From the human T2T-CHM13v2.0 reference genome, Homo sapiens, in the NCBI RefSeq assembly GCF_009914755.1, contig NC_060934.1: 64,000 bases of DNA. One strand, 5' to 3'. A model generated the notes under the pieces. It saw nothing but the letters and a program-made list of their open reading frames with translations, searched no databases and was not told the origin of the DNA. This document shows, in pieces, positions 38,875 through 52,900 of this stretch (within the stretch, counting starts at the first letter, position 1; each line of letters starts with the position of its first letter). The position numbers and the translations under genes were made by a program.

Positions 38875-40255
38875 CCAGTAGTTCACACACATTTTGGTCT
38901 CAGGACCACTTTATAGTCTTAAAAGCTATTAAGAATCCCAAGGAGCTTTTATTTATGTAGATTATACCAATAAACATTTACCTAATTAGAAAATTTTTGA
39001 CCGAGGAAAAATTTTAAATATTTCTACTTTAATGCTATTAAAAATAACATTAAACCAAATGCATGCTAAAATAAATGAAATAGTTTTATGACAAAATGAC
39101 TATGTTTTCCAAGGCCCAAAAAGAAATCATTTTTGACAAGAATGACATTGTTTCACATTTTTGCTAATTCCCTAATGCCTGATTTCAGAGAAGTTGAATT
39201 CTCATATCAGCTACTGCATTCAGTCTGTTGCAATATATGTTTAGGTTGAAGTATGTGAAGACAATCTGGCCCTCACAGATATGTATTTTGGAAAGAGAAG
39301 AGTACTTTACTCATGTTGTAAGATAATTGTGGATACCCTTCTTTGGAACTAAACTTGGAAAGAGATAGTTTCTTAAAGTTTAGTTGCAATATGGAATCTG
39401 GAACCACATCAATGAATTTTTGGTACATATTGTAGCGATGTCTATGTGTCTGTCTTGCACTTCCAATGGATTTTTCACATACAAATAACTTTGCAACATG
39501 GTGCATTGGCCATTTGGAAAATTTGACTCACTGAATGATGTAAATCAACCAAATGATTACACAGCAATTTTAAAATTGTGTTTATTAATATACCATCAGT
39601 CTTAACGCCTAAGCTTTTCAGAACTAAAATGCCATCAAGATCATGGGGACATATTTTTCAAAGTTCTAATGTTTGCTGGAAAGCTCTAATGTTATTATTA
39701 AGAATGAAAGCTATCATTTTTTGAAGTAGGAGACTCATTCATTCATTTTTAAGAAAACATCCAAATACCAAAGTCAAAATAGCCATAATCTGTCAGTCAC
39801 TCTCACACGTAATAAATGTGTTCAATGAAAAAGTGGCTACTTGAGCTTGTAACTCAATCTCACAAGTGTTTTTCCTCTTGAAGACCATCATACAGCAGAA
39901 TGTTTTATACATAATTCCCATTTCAATACACAGAATGTTAAAAATATCTAATAAAATTCAGGATCGGGATTTAATGAATTAACAATGTTTTCTGCTTCAT
40001 TGGGTACATTTTTAAACAAAAGTGACATTTCTTGTTTTCTTCCTTTTTTTAATAAGGTGAGGGCATGTCGGTGATGAAACTATCACTACTGTTCAAGGTG
40101 CCAGAAGTTTGACTTACCATCGCTTTTGAACAATCATCACTACATGTCAGCGTGGGAAAAAGAATAAAATAACATCTTAATATTATTATGAAAACAGTTT
40201 TGGCCTCATGGACCCCTTGAAAACCTATCAGGTTAACTGCAGACCACAGTTTGAC
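38875..40255. mobile_element. Charlie1a-like hAT DNA transposon, about 1.4 kb
   Basis: ttttggtctcaggaccactttatagtcttaaaa...cccaaggagctttt at one end; tattatgaaaacagttttggcctcatggacccc...gaccacagtttga at the other. Confidence 0.8.
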
Positions 40256-40439
40256 GCTTTTAATGTATCCTAGAGGATATCCTTCTTTGTATTACTGTGG
40301 GGTACCCATTGTCGTTGAAATTTGTTTGATAATCCCCCTTTTTACCTCTCTTCTGTCATCATTTTGAATCACAACTTGCATTTTTTATTATTAGGGTTAT
40401 CTTTTTACATGGTCGCCTTGGCTACCCCAATAGATAGTA

Positions 40440-40910
40440 TAGTGCCTTGTTACCCAAAATATGGGCCGTGGACCAATAGCATCAGCATCACCTAGGAGCT
40501 TTGAAAAAAATGCAGAAATTCAGGCCTCCTTCCAGTACTACTGAATCACAAACTGCACTTTTCTTTTTTTTTTTTTTTTTTTTTTTTTCTTGAGACGGAG
40601 TCTCGCTCTGTCGCCCAGGCTGGGGTACATTGGCGCGATCTCTGCTCACCGCAAGCTCCGCCTCCTGGGTTCACGTCATTCTCCTGCCTCAGCCTCTCCA
40701 GTAGCTGGGACTACAGGCACCCGCCACCACGCCCGGCTAATTTTTTGTATTTTTAGTAGAGACGAGGTTTCACCATGTTAGCCAGGATGGTCTCCATCTC
40801 CTGACCTCGTGATCCGCCCGCCTCGGCCTCCCAAAGTGCCGGGATTACAGGCGTGAGCCACCGCGCCCGGCCCACAGGCTGCATTTTAATAACACTCTCT
40901 GGTGATTTGT
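40440..40910. mobile_element. MER5A split by AluY
   Basis: gcatcagcatcacctaggagc...aaatgcagaaattcaggcc...tactgaatca | ctgcattttaa...ggtgatttgt. Confidence 0.8.
40562..40872 (-). mobile_element. AluY
   Basis: Y-type diagnostic segments gcaagctccgcc, ttcacgtcattc, ttagccaggatggtc and gacctcgtgatcc; many CpGs intact. Confidence 0.95.
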
Positions 40911-40916
40911 ACGCTT

Positions 40917-41482
40917 GTGTGTTGGAGACCTATTATATTTGCCTAACTGTCGTTCTCTGCTTCAGGAAATCTGTCATTTATCTGTTTCAGGAAATGCTCT
41001 GACTCCAACACATAAGGTTGGTTGCATTTTCCCTGATACAGAAGTGGGTGTATAACTAAGTTAAGCTATTTAGAGTATGCTATCCCTGTAAACAGAGTAA
41101 TTTGTCCATTGCTGGGCATGTGTAAGCAAGACCAATCAGAGTCCATTTTTTCAGAAAAATATGGGTGGTGGGAGAAAGGAAATGCTCCTCTCTCTGGGAT
41201 TATTAGCTGTATGGATAATGCAAATCCAAAAATTGCTGTGGCCATCTTTGCTGCAACATAAAGGAAAGTTCTCTGAAGTGATTCCAGGAAAGAGGAGGAC
41301 AGAAGTCAGAGATGGAGAGAGATAGACCCTTGATGACATCAAATGAGCCTCTGGATCCAGCTCTGCCTGAAGTCATCTGCCCCATGATTTTCAGTAATGT
41401 GAATCAACAACATATTCTGCTTTTCTAGCTAATGTTAGTTTGAATCGGGTTTCTGTTCCTTGCAACCAAGGGTTTTGACATA
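40917..41482 (+). mobile_element. Old MaLR LTR (MLT1J/K/L-like)
   Basis: gaccaatcagagtc...tgatgacatc...gagcctctggatccagctctgcctgaag...gggtttctgttccttgcaacc. Confidence 0.75.
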
Positions 41483-42304
41483 AGACGAAAAACTCTGTGG
41501 GGACATATGTATCATTTATATTTTTTGTAATCTTCAAAATACCTAGCAAGTGCCTTAAATTTAATGATCACCATTGTTCACCATCTCAGCTCATTTTATT
41601 GAGTCCCCTATTTTATACCTTTCTGATATGCATATTGGAATATGTCAACCCTGGCTTAAATGCTTCAACTCTTTCTTACCATGGAGGTGTACAGTGCTGT
41701 TTAAAACGTTCTTCACAGTATAGCTATACCCACCTTCACAGGCTTATCTGTCAGTTCCTCTCTACTGGTGCCATTCACCTCATTTGCTGGGTCTTGAAGA
41801 AGCCCTAGCATTTCTTGACACCAAGCATTTACATATGCTGTTCCCACTATACCTTGGCTATCTAACTGATGAACTCCTATGTGGTTTGAAGGAGCCTTTT
41901 CAAAGATCACCTTCTTTGTAAAGGTTTTCTTAATGCCCAATTATTTTACTCCCTGAGATTATACTCCTGTGTTCTTCATCAAGCCTTTACAAACTATATT
42001 AAATTTCTTGGACATTTCTCAGTGTTGCCTGTAAGATTATGAACCTGTTAAATTCAGAGACATCTTTCATCCCTGTATTCTCATATTTGATATAGAAATC
42101 CGACACTTACCATGAGCCCTTTAAATGTTTATTAAAAGCAAAAATAACTAAAAATGACAAAAGGATTTTAGTCATTACTCTTGGGCTCTGCCATTTATTT
42201 GCTCTTTGACCAGGGTCAAATAATTTATGCTACTGAAATACTGTATTTCTTCATCTATAAAATTAGGATAATATTGTCCACCTTGCCTGGCATGATAATT
42301 CTAT

Positions 42305-42993
42305 GGAATTACAGGCAGAAAAACAGTCTCCCCTCAAAGATGTCTACACCTTAATCTCTGGAACCTGCTAATATGTTGTGTTACATGGCAGAAGGGGCTT
42401 GCAGACTTAGTGAAATTTACAGATCTTGATATGGTGAGATTATTCTGTATTATCAGGCAGGGTTCAGGCAAAGCACATGAGCTCTTAAAATAGTTTCTTT
42501 TTTTCCAGGCAGAGAACAGAGGAGAGATGAGGCAAAAGGGAATATTAGACAGATTCAAAGCTTGAAAAGGACTTGATCCACTATGAGGCCATTAATGAAG
42601 GAATGCAGGCTGCCTGTAACAGTTGAAAATCACCCCAGCCAACACCCAGCAAGGAAATGGAGACCATAGTCCTCTAACTGTATGGAACTGAATTCTGCCA
42701 ACAAAGTGAATAAGATGGGAAGTGAAGACCCTCCCAGAGCCTCCAGAAAGGAAGAGAGCCATTCAGACACCTTGATTTCAGCCTTCTGAAACTTGGAGCA
42801 GAGAGCCGGCTGTGTCAACCTGAACCTGGGTTTTTAACCTACAAAACTGAGAAATAATGAATAGTGATTTTTTTTTTTAAAGATGGAGTCTAGCTCCGTC
42901 ACCCAGGCTGGAGTGCAGTGGCACGAATAGTGATTGTTTTAAGCCACTAAATTTATGGTAGTTTTGTTAGGGCAGCAATAGAAAACTAATACA
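42305..42993 (+). mobile_element. MLT1D/E-like MaLR LTR
   Basis: aaagatgtctacaccttaatctctggaacctg...ggaactgaattctgccaac...ttttaagccactaaattt...gcagcaatagaaaactaataca. Confidence 0.9.
42870..42924 (-). mobile_element. Severely 5'-truncated Alu, about 55 bp
   Basis: T-tail plus agatggagtc...cccaggctggagtgcagtggcac, flanked by perfect TSD gaatagtgatt. Confidence 0.9.
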
Positions 42994-44789
42994 TATGTAA
43001 TATAGCATTTTATAAACTAAAATGTCAGGCAAATATGTGCTCTTATAATTTGATATTGCTATCTATTAGAGACATTGGGTTAAAGAATATACTGAACCAA
43101 TGTTGTATTTATTATAAGAAAGATAAGGGTGGGAGATGGAAAAAATGATGTTAAACTCATGAATTTAGTTTGCTTTGCAAATGTTTAACTTTGAGGTTGC
43201 TTTTTTCCAGATCCCTGGAGATTTGGCCTTTCGGCATACAGAGAGGTTTTATTAAAGCTGAAGTCCCTTGTAAAAGCTTTTAATAGCTTCCTTTAAAAAA
43301 ATCACCTAAACTCTCTGTTCTGTGCTATTCCTCTAAATGCAAGAAAGCACAAAGATACTGAAGAAACACAGAGACAAAATTAAATCAGGGGCTCTCCTAG
43401 CTCCTCCATTATTCAAAGCACTTAGTGGACTATAAATGATTTAGAAGTGATACAACTAGACTTTTCAGAGTAAATAGTTTTCATTTTCCTGATTGGTAAT
43501 CAGGAGAAAGAAGATTCCATATTCCCATCAGCAGAGATTTAGAATTATCTTTTGCCAAAAATGAAAGAGCTCTTTCTTCCTGTGTAGTCCTTTTAAATAT
43601 ACATATATATGAAGGTGAATCAAAAGAAAAAGAAAACAGATTACAACTTTATTACTGCCCTTGTTGGACACTTATACCAGCAGGCTAGCAGACACTGCAC
43701 AGAATATAGAAATGAGACTCTGAGTACATGATCTATAATGAAAATGAAGCCAATCAGAATCTAATATTACTACAAGGTTGAAATAAAAGCTATGGTATTT
43801 CTCATAACTGCACTTGGCACTTAGAGAAATTGAGACTCACAACATGCTTCATAAACATTAATTAATTACTCTGGGCTTACATTTAATTCTTCCAGTGGAT
43901 AGAACGTATGTACAGAAGATGAAAGAGTCAGCCATAACCTGGTGCTCATTGTACTTCCAGATTGTAGGATCAGCTAATAATAATCACAATAGTAGCTGAC
44001 ACTTGTAATCTTCAGAACACCCTTTAAGCATTTATTAATCAACTATTGCGCCATCTCAAGGGAAATATTATTCTTCTCACTTATAACCCATAAAATTGTG
44101 TCTTCAAGTGGAACAGTTTTGCCCAGGATTCCCCCAAAAAACCCCAAGTGGAGATTAGAGAATTAGAATCCCTCTATATACATACCATAAATGTTCAATA
44201 CCACATTAAGAGAGGTCTTAAAACAGTGAAATTGACAGACAGCATTGATTACTATAGAAAAAGTCCTAGGGTACATCCAAGAAAGAGAAAAAAAAAGGTT
44301 GACAAATTGGAAAGGAAAGTTGATGCACTCCCAGAGAAAATCTCCTACTCAAAGAGTTTCCTTTGACTGCAACACATGATTTTCTGATTCCTCCAGAACA
44401 CTCAGTTCTGGAATGGTCACTAAACAGGTTTGAGATGAGGGTAAAAAAAAATCCAGCCAAAAGGCCCACATAGGAACTCACAGATATATCTGACTGGCCC
44501 ACATAGTGTTTTTATTTTTAATGAACATAAATAGGGTGCAGCCACACTTGCCCATGCACCACTGCATATGAGACAATGCATTTGACACTGGTGGTTGTTA
44601 ATATGTATAGACTATACTACTGAGAGATGCCTTGTACACCCAGAATCACCACCAGCTCAGAGCATATAATGCTCCTTTCTTTCTACCATTCTCAAAACAA
44701 AAAGTTGAGTGAGAGTACTAGAGTATCCCCAACCTACTGCCATTGTTGTGGTTTTTCTCTCTGTTCTTTGTCCTACCTCCTATTTTGCT

Positions 44790-45190
44790 TCCTTTCCAGC
44801 CCAAGTCTTTCCACCTTGTATCTGGCCTTTTTACTCCCAATTCAGAGCTTTCATCCTGACATCTCCGTCTGCTGGGAAAGTTCTTATCCTTATATCTCAT
44901 ACCCTTTTGACCTAAAGAATTGTTTAGGCCTCAAATCTCTCAAATATGTATCTAATCAAATGCTGTTCCCACCTCCTGTGACCCCTTAGTCTGCTTTATG
45001 TTTTTTCATGGTAATTATCACTACTGAAATTACATTATATGTTTGTTTGTTTAGTTTTTCATCAACTGAATCTACCACTAGAACATAAATTTCTTGAGTG
45101 CAGGCCTGTTTTCTTTTCCACTGAAGTACCTAGTTCAGCGCCTTCCTCAGAAGAGGCATGAGGCAATATTAGTGAATCAGTGAATTAATC
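44790..45190 (+). mobile_element. L2 3' end
   Basis: ccactagaacataaatttcttgagtgcagg...caatattagtgaatcagtgaat. Confidence 0.65.
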
Positions 45191-45754
45191 ATGCACAGAT
45201 TTCCATGTCAATACATATGTATGTCTTCATTATTATCTTAATAGCTGCATAATATTTCACTAATATCCACATTTATTTAAACAATATATTGTTTTTGGAA
45301 ATTGAGGTTGTTTCCACTTTTTTCCTTTAAAATAGCATAACATGAGGACTATGACAGGGAGGGCAGAGTAGAAAGAAGGAAGGGATCAGGGTTAGAGAAA
45401 TAAACCCACCCTCTTTCTTGGTAATCAGGGGCTACTCTGCTTCCTACAACCCAACTGATTCCTAGTGACAAGATCTCTTAAACCTGGGTTCCTGCAGCAG
45501 TTGGCCCCTGTCAGATGCCTTCTTGCGTTTACTTGGTTGGCATGTCTAGCTGTCTAGGCTCCAGTTCCTGCTTAAAGACGATGAGGTACAGAACTAAATG
45601 CATGAAGCATATCCTCTATTAATGTTAAGTCCCTTCCTACTCCTATTGTTCAAAGGGGAAGGTGTTAAATTTGTTCTTCCTGTACCCTTCGGTTTCATTC
45701 TGTGTCTTAGTCCTTTGGAGATAATTGGGGTAGAGTACTACATACTATAATTAG

Positions 45755-46069
<315 letters not shown>

Positions 46070-48479
46070 TTAGGATAGTGTATTGATGCAAGAGGTTTTG
46101 AGTGTCCAAATAATTATCTGCTGAATTTGGAACCTTTAGGAAAGATTATCTAGAGCTGTAATTTCAAATACACCTCTGGGAGGGGCTGGAGAAGTTAGGA
46201 GGCAAAGTGAGGGTGTCCACAAGTCAAATCAGTCAAATTATCTGGAAAATTCAGAGTGCTAAATTTATAGTTACCCAATGTGCTATTCTTCCCCACTTTC
46301 TCACTTACAGTATATAGACTCAGCCATAAGTATACTTAAAGCCTGTCCTAATTTCTACCCTTAGTTTCTTGACTGCAACTCAGCATGGGAGTTAACTGAC
46401 TGAAGGTTAACACTCAGACTGGGTCCATATTTCTCTGAGAATAGATTTTGATCTTCCATTGCTAAGAGACCTCCCCATTCCACAATATATACTAACCTAT
46501 AGCTCTGTTCTTCTTATAATTATAAAATGCAAGACGGCAGGGTCTATTTCCTAGAGGCAAACAGTATTAATCTGCATACCTGAAATGCTTTCTCAATATG
46601 TATTTTTTGTAAAAGCATCTGTAGGTTTTGTCATAAACACATAGTGTTAAGGAAGCTAAATTAATTACATGCACTTTAATATTGAAAATACAAAATAACA
46701 AACCTTACCTAGAATGCATATTTTATCTGTCTTGGTGAGAGGAAGGACAGATGAAAGAAAAATGTGTACTTAAGTATGCATTTAATAGTGTAGACAGTGA
46801 GGGGCAAACGCGTGGATGAAAAATGAATGCTAAAGTCGATATTTTTGAAATAAATGAAGTAGAAACATTTGTAGCTAAAACACAAGTATAATCTCAGCAA
46901 CTACTGAAACAAATATCATCACTAATAATATATTTCTGGAGGCTCACAAAAAATATAATCAATTTTTCAGTTCATAAAATTTCAAAAAATTGAATTTACA
47001 TTTGCTAAACCAATTAACAAATTCTAATTTACACAGTGTTGATGCTTCTAATTGGCAGCCGTGCATTTTTATGAGTCTTCCTGTTAATCTCTTATGGTAA
47101 TCAAACTCACAAATTTAAAATTCATTGGTGTTCTTAATACATGTAACTAGCTAAAATTCTTAATTAAATTAGGGTGACTAAAAGAAAAGTCATTTTAAAA
47201 GTAAAATCATAAAGTGTTATGACTAATGCTGTACAAATTAGCATAAGGTAGGTTTGGGGAGAATCATTCTGAAGACTTTGCAATTAGGAGCACCTGCTAT
47301 TAGTGCACTTGTTAAACTTTTATCAATTAATCATTACTCTCTCAAATAGCAAGAAAAATTGAATGTTGTGAATATGAAGAGAGTGATTAATTGCAAGTGG
47401 TAAATTGCTGACTGGTTCCATTATTACCTGTGCTTTAAGAATTTTTAGAAATAAATGTCTATTATCAGTTTTATGAATACATAAATTATACTAATGTGTT
47501 CAATATTGGTTGGTTTTCTGTCTTATTCTGTAATAATTGTTTTCTCAAAGTTATAAAGATGACTTGGAGAACATGGATTCTGTAATAGCATATTATTATG
47601 GCTTCATCAAAAACATTTAATGATTGAATTATTTAATCTTATTCTCTAAATACACTCTATCCATATTTTTTATTAAAAGGGGCACAGGAAGAAGCAACAC
47701 TTGTTTTTCTGCAGTGTAGAAATCAATCCCTATTTGAAGTATAATTTAGGATTAAACAACATAGCACTCTGACTTCAAAATGTTAATTAATTCTCAATTT
47801 GTCCTGCTGTTCTCAAACCTAAGCATTTAGATTGCAAAGGGCACTTTGGTTAAGACTCATTTTATTACAAGTTAAAATTGCAAAAAAAATTGATTTAAAA
47901 ATGTGTTTCTAAATCAATGCAGTAATAGCAGGGTACCTAAAGTCTTTGCTAGAATGTACTTTTCATTATTCTAAGATTCACACAGGGATCGCTAATGGTC
48001 CCTGAAAATCCAGAGATTATCAAGAAATGTGACTTTAAGTACCATGAAATTGCTATAGCTATTTATCTTAGCCACTCATAGATAAAGTCATATAACTATT
48101 AAAAGGAAAGAGTCTCAAGTATAGGAAAGACTTCAGCTATATTTTATATTTTAGAAAATTATAGGACATAAGTCTAAATTAGGATGAAGAGTAGGGGTGG
48201 TTGTTGGAGGAAGACGACCTATAAACCTAACCTTTACAAATTCCAAATTCAACCAAAGAGTAATAAATATCAAAGGAGGATGTTCTTCTTACCTTCTGGG
48301 AAAAAAAATACACTACATAGCATTGCCTTCCACAGAAGCTTTGAAATAACAAATGTACCCTCATACTTGACTCTCTTATGCTGGCTTTAGGTCATGCGTT
48401 TTCTTGACTGCCTAAACCACAAGAAGGAAGTCATTAATTTACAACAGAACTATCCAGGCATGGAAAAAGAGGTCTAGAT

Positions 48480-48680
48480 CATGGATTCTCCATGGACATT
48501 CAGGGCCAGATCATTCTTTGTGGAGGGGGACAGCTCTTTTTGGGGAAGGATGATGGGCAGCATCCCTAGCTTCTATGCCCTACGCTCCACAGGACTCCTG
48601 CAGTTGTGATGTCCTCAAATGTCTCCAAACATTGTCAAAAATCCCCTGGGTGGCAAAGTCATCCTCCATTGAGAACCACT
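48480..48680. mobile_element. MER20 (hAT-Charlie)
   Basis: gggccagatcattctttgtgg...cagcatccct...aaatgtctccaaacattgtcaaa...ttgagaaccact. Confidence 0.85.
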
Positions 48681-48769
48681 AATCTCAATTGATCTAAAAT
48701 TCTAGATATTATTTATGTGGTAAATCAGGTAGATTCAGATCCCAGTAATAACACCTTTCAAGTGTTGGC

Positions 48770-48990
48770 AACTAAAATGCTTAATTCAGTTTCCCATTCT
48801 GCTACTCACCCTGTGATTTTGGTTTTCACACTAAACTTTAGTCTGTTCATTTATAAAATGGAGATAATAAGTTTCAAGTTAATAGGATTGTTGTGGGTAA
48901 TAAATAAGATACTGCATATAAACGTATAACATAATGCTGAGCATATTATTAATCTTCAAAAAAAGTTGATATTTTTGTATTATTATTTTG
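48770..48990 (+). mobile_element. MIR
   Basis: tctgctactcaccctgtgattttgg...tcatttataaaatggagataataa...taggattgttgtgg. Confidence 0.75.
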
Positions 48991-51900
48991 GGTTGTTATT
49001 GGTCCAGAATCATTTTACAGCAATGAAATCTGTGTCTAGATGTCTTCTCAAGCTGCACTAGAGAAAGTTTCAAACATAGATAATGATGATAACTTACATT
49101 TGTATAACACTTTAGAGAATCTAAACACTATTCCAGAGCTTATTTTTTATTTCCCTATCCACATTTTTTAGGACAATATGTCCAATAGTCTACTGAACAT
49201 TGTCAAGAAATTCAAAAGAAATAAAAGTCTACTTTGGGCCTTCAAAGAACTTAAAACCTAGTCAGGGAAAATGATTCTTTACTCATAGAGCCATTAAAGA
49301 AAAGTAGACAATGCTGTTCTATACATACTTATTAGATTGCAAACTCTTTCTGAATTATGATAGTGTCTTAGACACAATTTTAATTCCCCCACTGCTACTT
49401 TGCAAGTAGAAGGCAACCCATAAATATTGGAAGGAATGTCAGAATGAAAAACTGCCTTTTTTCAGGTTGTTCTTGACTTATTATATGGCCTTGCTGAAGT
49501 CATGTCTGTAAGTTGATCTCTCTCAGTAAATGGAGAAGGTAATAACGATGCCTAACACCTGATGTTTATATTGCCCGAAATAGTTTGTAAAGCATTTTCA
49601 CTTACATTATCATATCTCCTGATGATATATCATCAGCCCATTCTCCTTTGAGAGCTCAGCAATTTCACTGCTGCAGCTACATCATGGGTCTTGGCCCTGG
49701 AGTGTTTCTCAGCCTAGGATGTACCTCAGACCTTAAATGAACTTGACTCTGTGAGAATATGCTTTAGTAACAACAGATCGATTTTACTATATGCAAGATG
49801 AAGTTATAAACATAAATATAAAACCCCTTACGATCTTTATCTGATGGGGTAGAGCCCTAAGCATCAGTTTAGTCTTATCCTTTTACAGATATGAAGATGT
49901 GGTCCTTTGGTGAAGAGGATTTCCCAAGTTTTCTCTTGGTGGGTCACTGTCCACATCAGAATTAGAAGCTGATGACTCTTTCATTGTCTCACGGTATGAA
50001 TCATTACAAAAGACAGAGGATTTAAATTTAACTCAAATTAGTCAGGCTTCCTTTGGCTCTAAAGTATTTCACTTGTAAGAGCATGTACATTTTTTAGCCT
50101 CCCATTTATTAACCCAGTAAACTAATGAGCACATAATTTAGTTAGCCAATATGGAAAGAAGTAATGTAATGCAGCTGATGTCTCTTCACCAGTCATTTGC
50201 TTAGGAAGGTCCAAATGGAATTTTTTTTCTCTTCAATTTCAGCTTTAACATCTAATATACACTGAGGTAATTGTCTTAATTTTAGAGAAATCTTGCAACT
50301 ATCATTAAGTGCAAATGAATTAAATATTTTCAAGCATTAAATATACCCATCATGGACTTTTATTTTCATTTTACTCTCACTCAATTTATTTGGAGACCTA
50401 ATTCATCATGCAACAAGCTCTATATACTACATGTGGGCTGTAACTCTTCATAGATGTAGACAATGAGGCTCGAACTCCTTTTGGACACAGACATGTAAGA
50501 GATGGCTGACAAATATTGCGAATGTTGGTGGCTGCCTGCTAAGATTTTAAAGAGCCACCAACTATAATTTATGTACTTGGTCTGGTGAGCCATCTTCATA
50601 CAATTTGAATGCTTGTAGAGTTCTTTATATAGAAAAGCTTTAATAATAAATATGTAAAATGAGAGATGAGTAAGTCAACCAGCAGTAATTATATTCAAGG
50701 CTAGAATTAAGGGCCTTAGTTATGTAATCACTGGTGAACTATAAAGCAGAAATTAAACTTTCTTTGAACACTGTCTGAAACTAGGGGCATGTCTCAGGGC
50801 CAAATACGGATGAAAATAGAAAGACTGTGGTCATCTGTAAAGTTCTAAAGGACAGAGACCACATTTTATCAATTTCTGTACATATTAGCAGGTAATGGTA
50901 TTCAACAATTTTTTGTTAAACTGGCCCAACATTGTCTCTAGAATGTTAAATCACCTACTAGTCCATTCCTGAATTTTAGGGATGGCATGGCTTCCAAGGA
51001 ATCTTCTGTTTGCCCTACGTACACACCTCAGTTTGACCACTTGGGTTACTTATGTGGATGCTAACTGGTTGCTAAATTTGCCTGTAAGATTTCTAGAAGC
51101 CAGGCTGGCTAATTCTTGTGCAACCCTTCTGCCTCCTGTTTGTGTTAAGCCAAGAAAAATCTCCTATTTAAACACAAATTTCCAAATCTTAAACTGATGC
51201 TAACTCCAAATCTTAAACCCTAAATCAAGAGAAACATTCTTAAAAATACATGGACACTAGGGCCAATTGCTGTGAATGCCTCTGCAGTATCAATAAGAAT
51301 TCATGAAAACCTGGACAGAGTGAAATCTTCATAGAATTTTGTAAATGAGATCAGTTGTGGAGGCTCTTTTAATTTATCAGAGCCCATGATGGCCAGGAAA
51401 ACATGGGCTAAGAAAACTTAAGGAGGAGAGATCTATTTTATTCCAGTCAACAGGCTTTCATAGAAAAAGAACATGGCTGTGACAGGTGTTTTGCAATCCT
51501 TTTTCCATATCCCAAGGCTGATTAAGTTCATGACCAATAAATACATGTTGCATTCCCTGAAAGGTGATTTAAACAACTTTTGATGCCTTTGCCCTAATAA
51601 CAATACTCATCGTATCTAGAAACTTCTATCATGTCTCCTTGCAAGATTCCACTGACAAAGAGGCTTGCTTTTCCTACAAAAGCCCTGATATATTATTATA
51701 TAACCTGTGAGCCTGTACCCTGCTTCAGGACTGGCACCCTCTGCTAGCCCTACAGATGGAGACACTGAATATTCTTGCCATCTCAAGAGTGTTGTCTCAG
51801 CTCAACACCACTCCCCTGGGAAAAAGTCCTTCATCATTTTCCAGGTGTGGATAACTCACCAATGTAAGTAACCAAACCAGAAGCCCTGAAGTTTCAAAAA

Positions 51901-52301
51901 TGAAAATTCCTGCTTAGAAATGTTCTTCATAGACAAAATAAGATAGGTTTGCCAGGTTCAAGATGAGCTCTCCACCAGGAGCAGGGTTCAGTGCTCCCTA
52001 CATAGGAATACAGCAGTTTCAGTGCTTTGCTCCTGACAGACTCATTGGCAGGTATTGCTTGAAAGGTACGGTTTCTGTTATGTCAGGAAGTTGTAAATCC
52101 CACAGTTAAGGAACTTGATGGTTAGTAACATAATTTCTGTACAAGACACTAACATTTTAGACCATCGATCTCTCTGGATTCATGGTATTTCTTTATCTGT
52201 TGGGGTAAATATTTTTGGAGTATTGTCTACTCTTTCTCCTGGTTTTAGAGGACATTCTGGCAGCCAAACAAGTAACTAGTGAAGTTGAGAGGAGGAATCT
52301 C

Positions 52302-52605
52302 TTTTTTTTTTTTTTCCTTTTGAGACGGAGTTTTGCTCTGTCACCAGGCTGGAGTGCAGTGGCACAATCTCGGCTCACTGCAACCTCTGCCTCCCCTCCC
52401 GGGTTCAAGCGATTCTCCTGCCTCAGCCTCCCGAGCAGCTGAGACTACAGGCACGCGCCACCACACCCAGCTAATTTTTGGATTTTTAGTAGAGATGGGG
52501 TTTCACCATGTTGGCCAGGATGGTCTCGATATCTTGACCTCGTGATCTGCCCACCTCGGCCTCCCAAAGTCCTGGGATTACAGTCATGAGCCACCACTCC
52601 CGGCT
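52302..52605 (-). mobile_element. Alu (AluSc-like)
   Basis: ctgtcaccaggctgg and ttggccaggatggtctcgatatcttgacctcgtgatc. Confidence 0.93.
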
Positions 52606-52747
52606 GAGAGAAGCAACCTTAAAGGGTCCATCTTTGAGCTGTCTCTCTCATAAAACCAGAACACCTTCTATTCAGTCCGAGTTTTTATGTGATATGGTAG
52701 ATGCAATGAATTTCCTTGTCATGGAAAACGACATCCACCTATACGAG

Positions 52748-52900
52748 TTATTTTCAATCTTGGCTGCACATTAGATTCACCTTGAGAGCTTTAAAAAATA
52801 CCAATGCCCAGGCCCTACCCAAAAAATTCTTATGTAATTGATCTGGGGCAATGAAAACCCATTAGCGTTATTTTTTTCTAACTCCCCAGGTGATTCTAAT
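52748..52900. mobile_element. MER5-type MITE
   Basis: cttggctgcacattagattcacc...agctttaaaaaatacc...ctccccaggtgattctaat. Confidence 0.8.
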
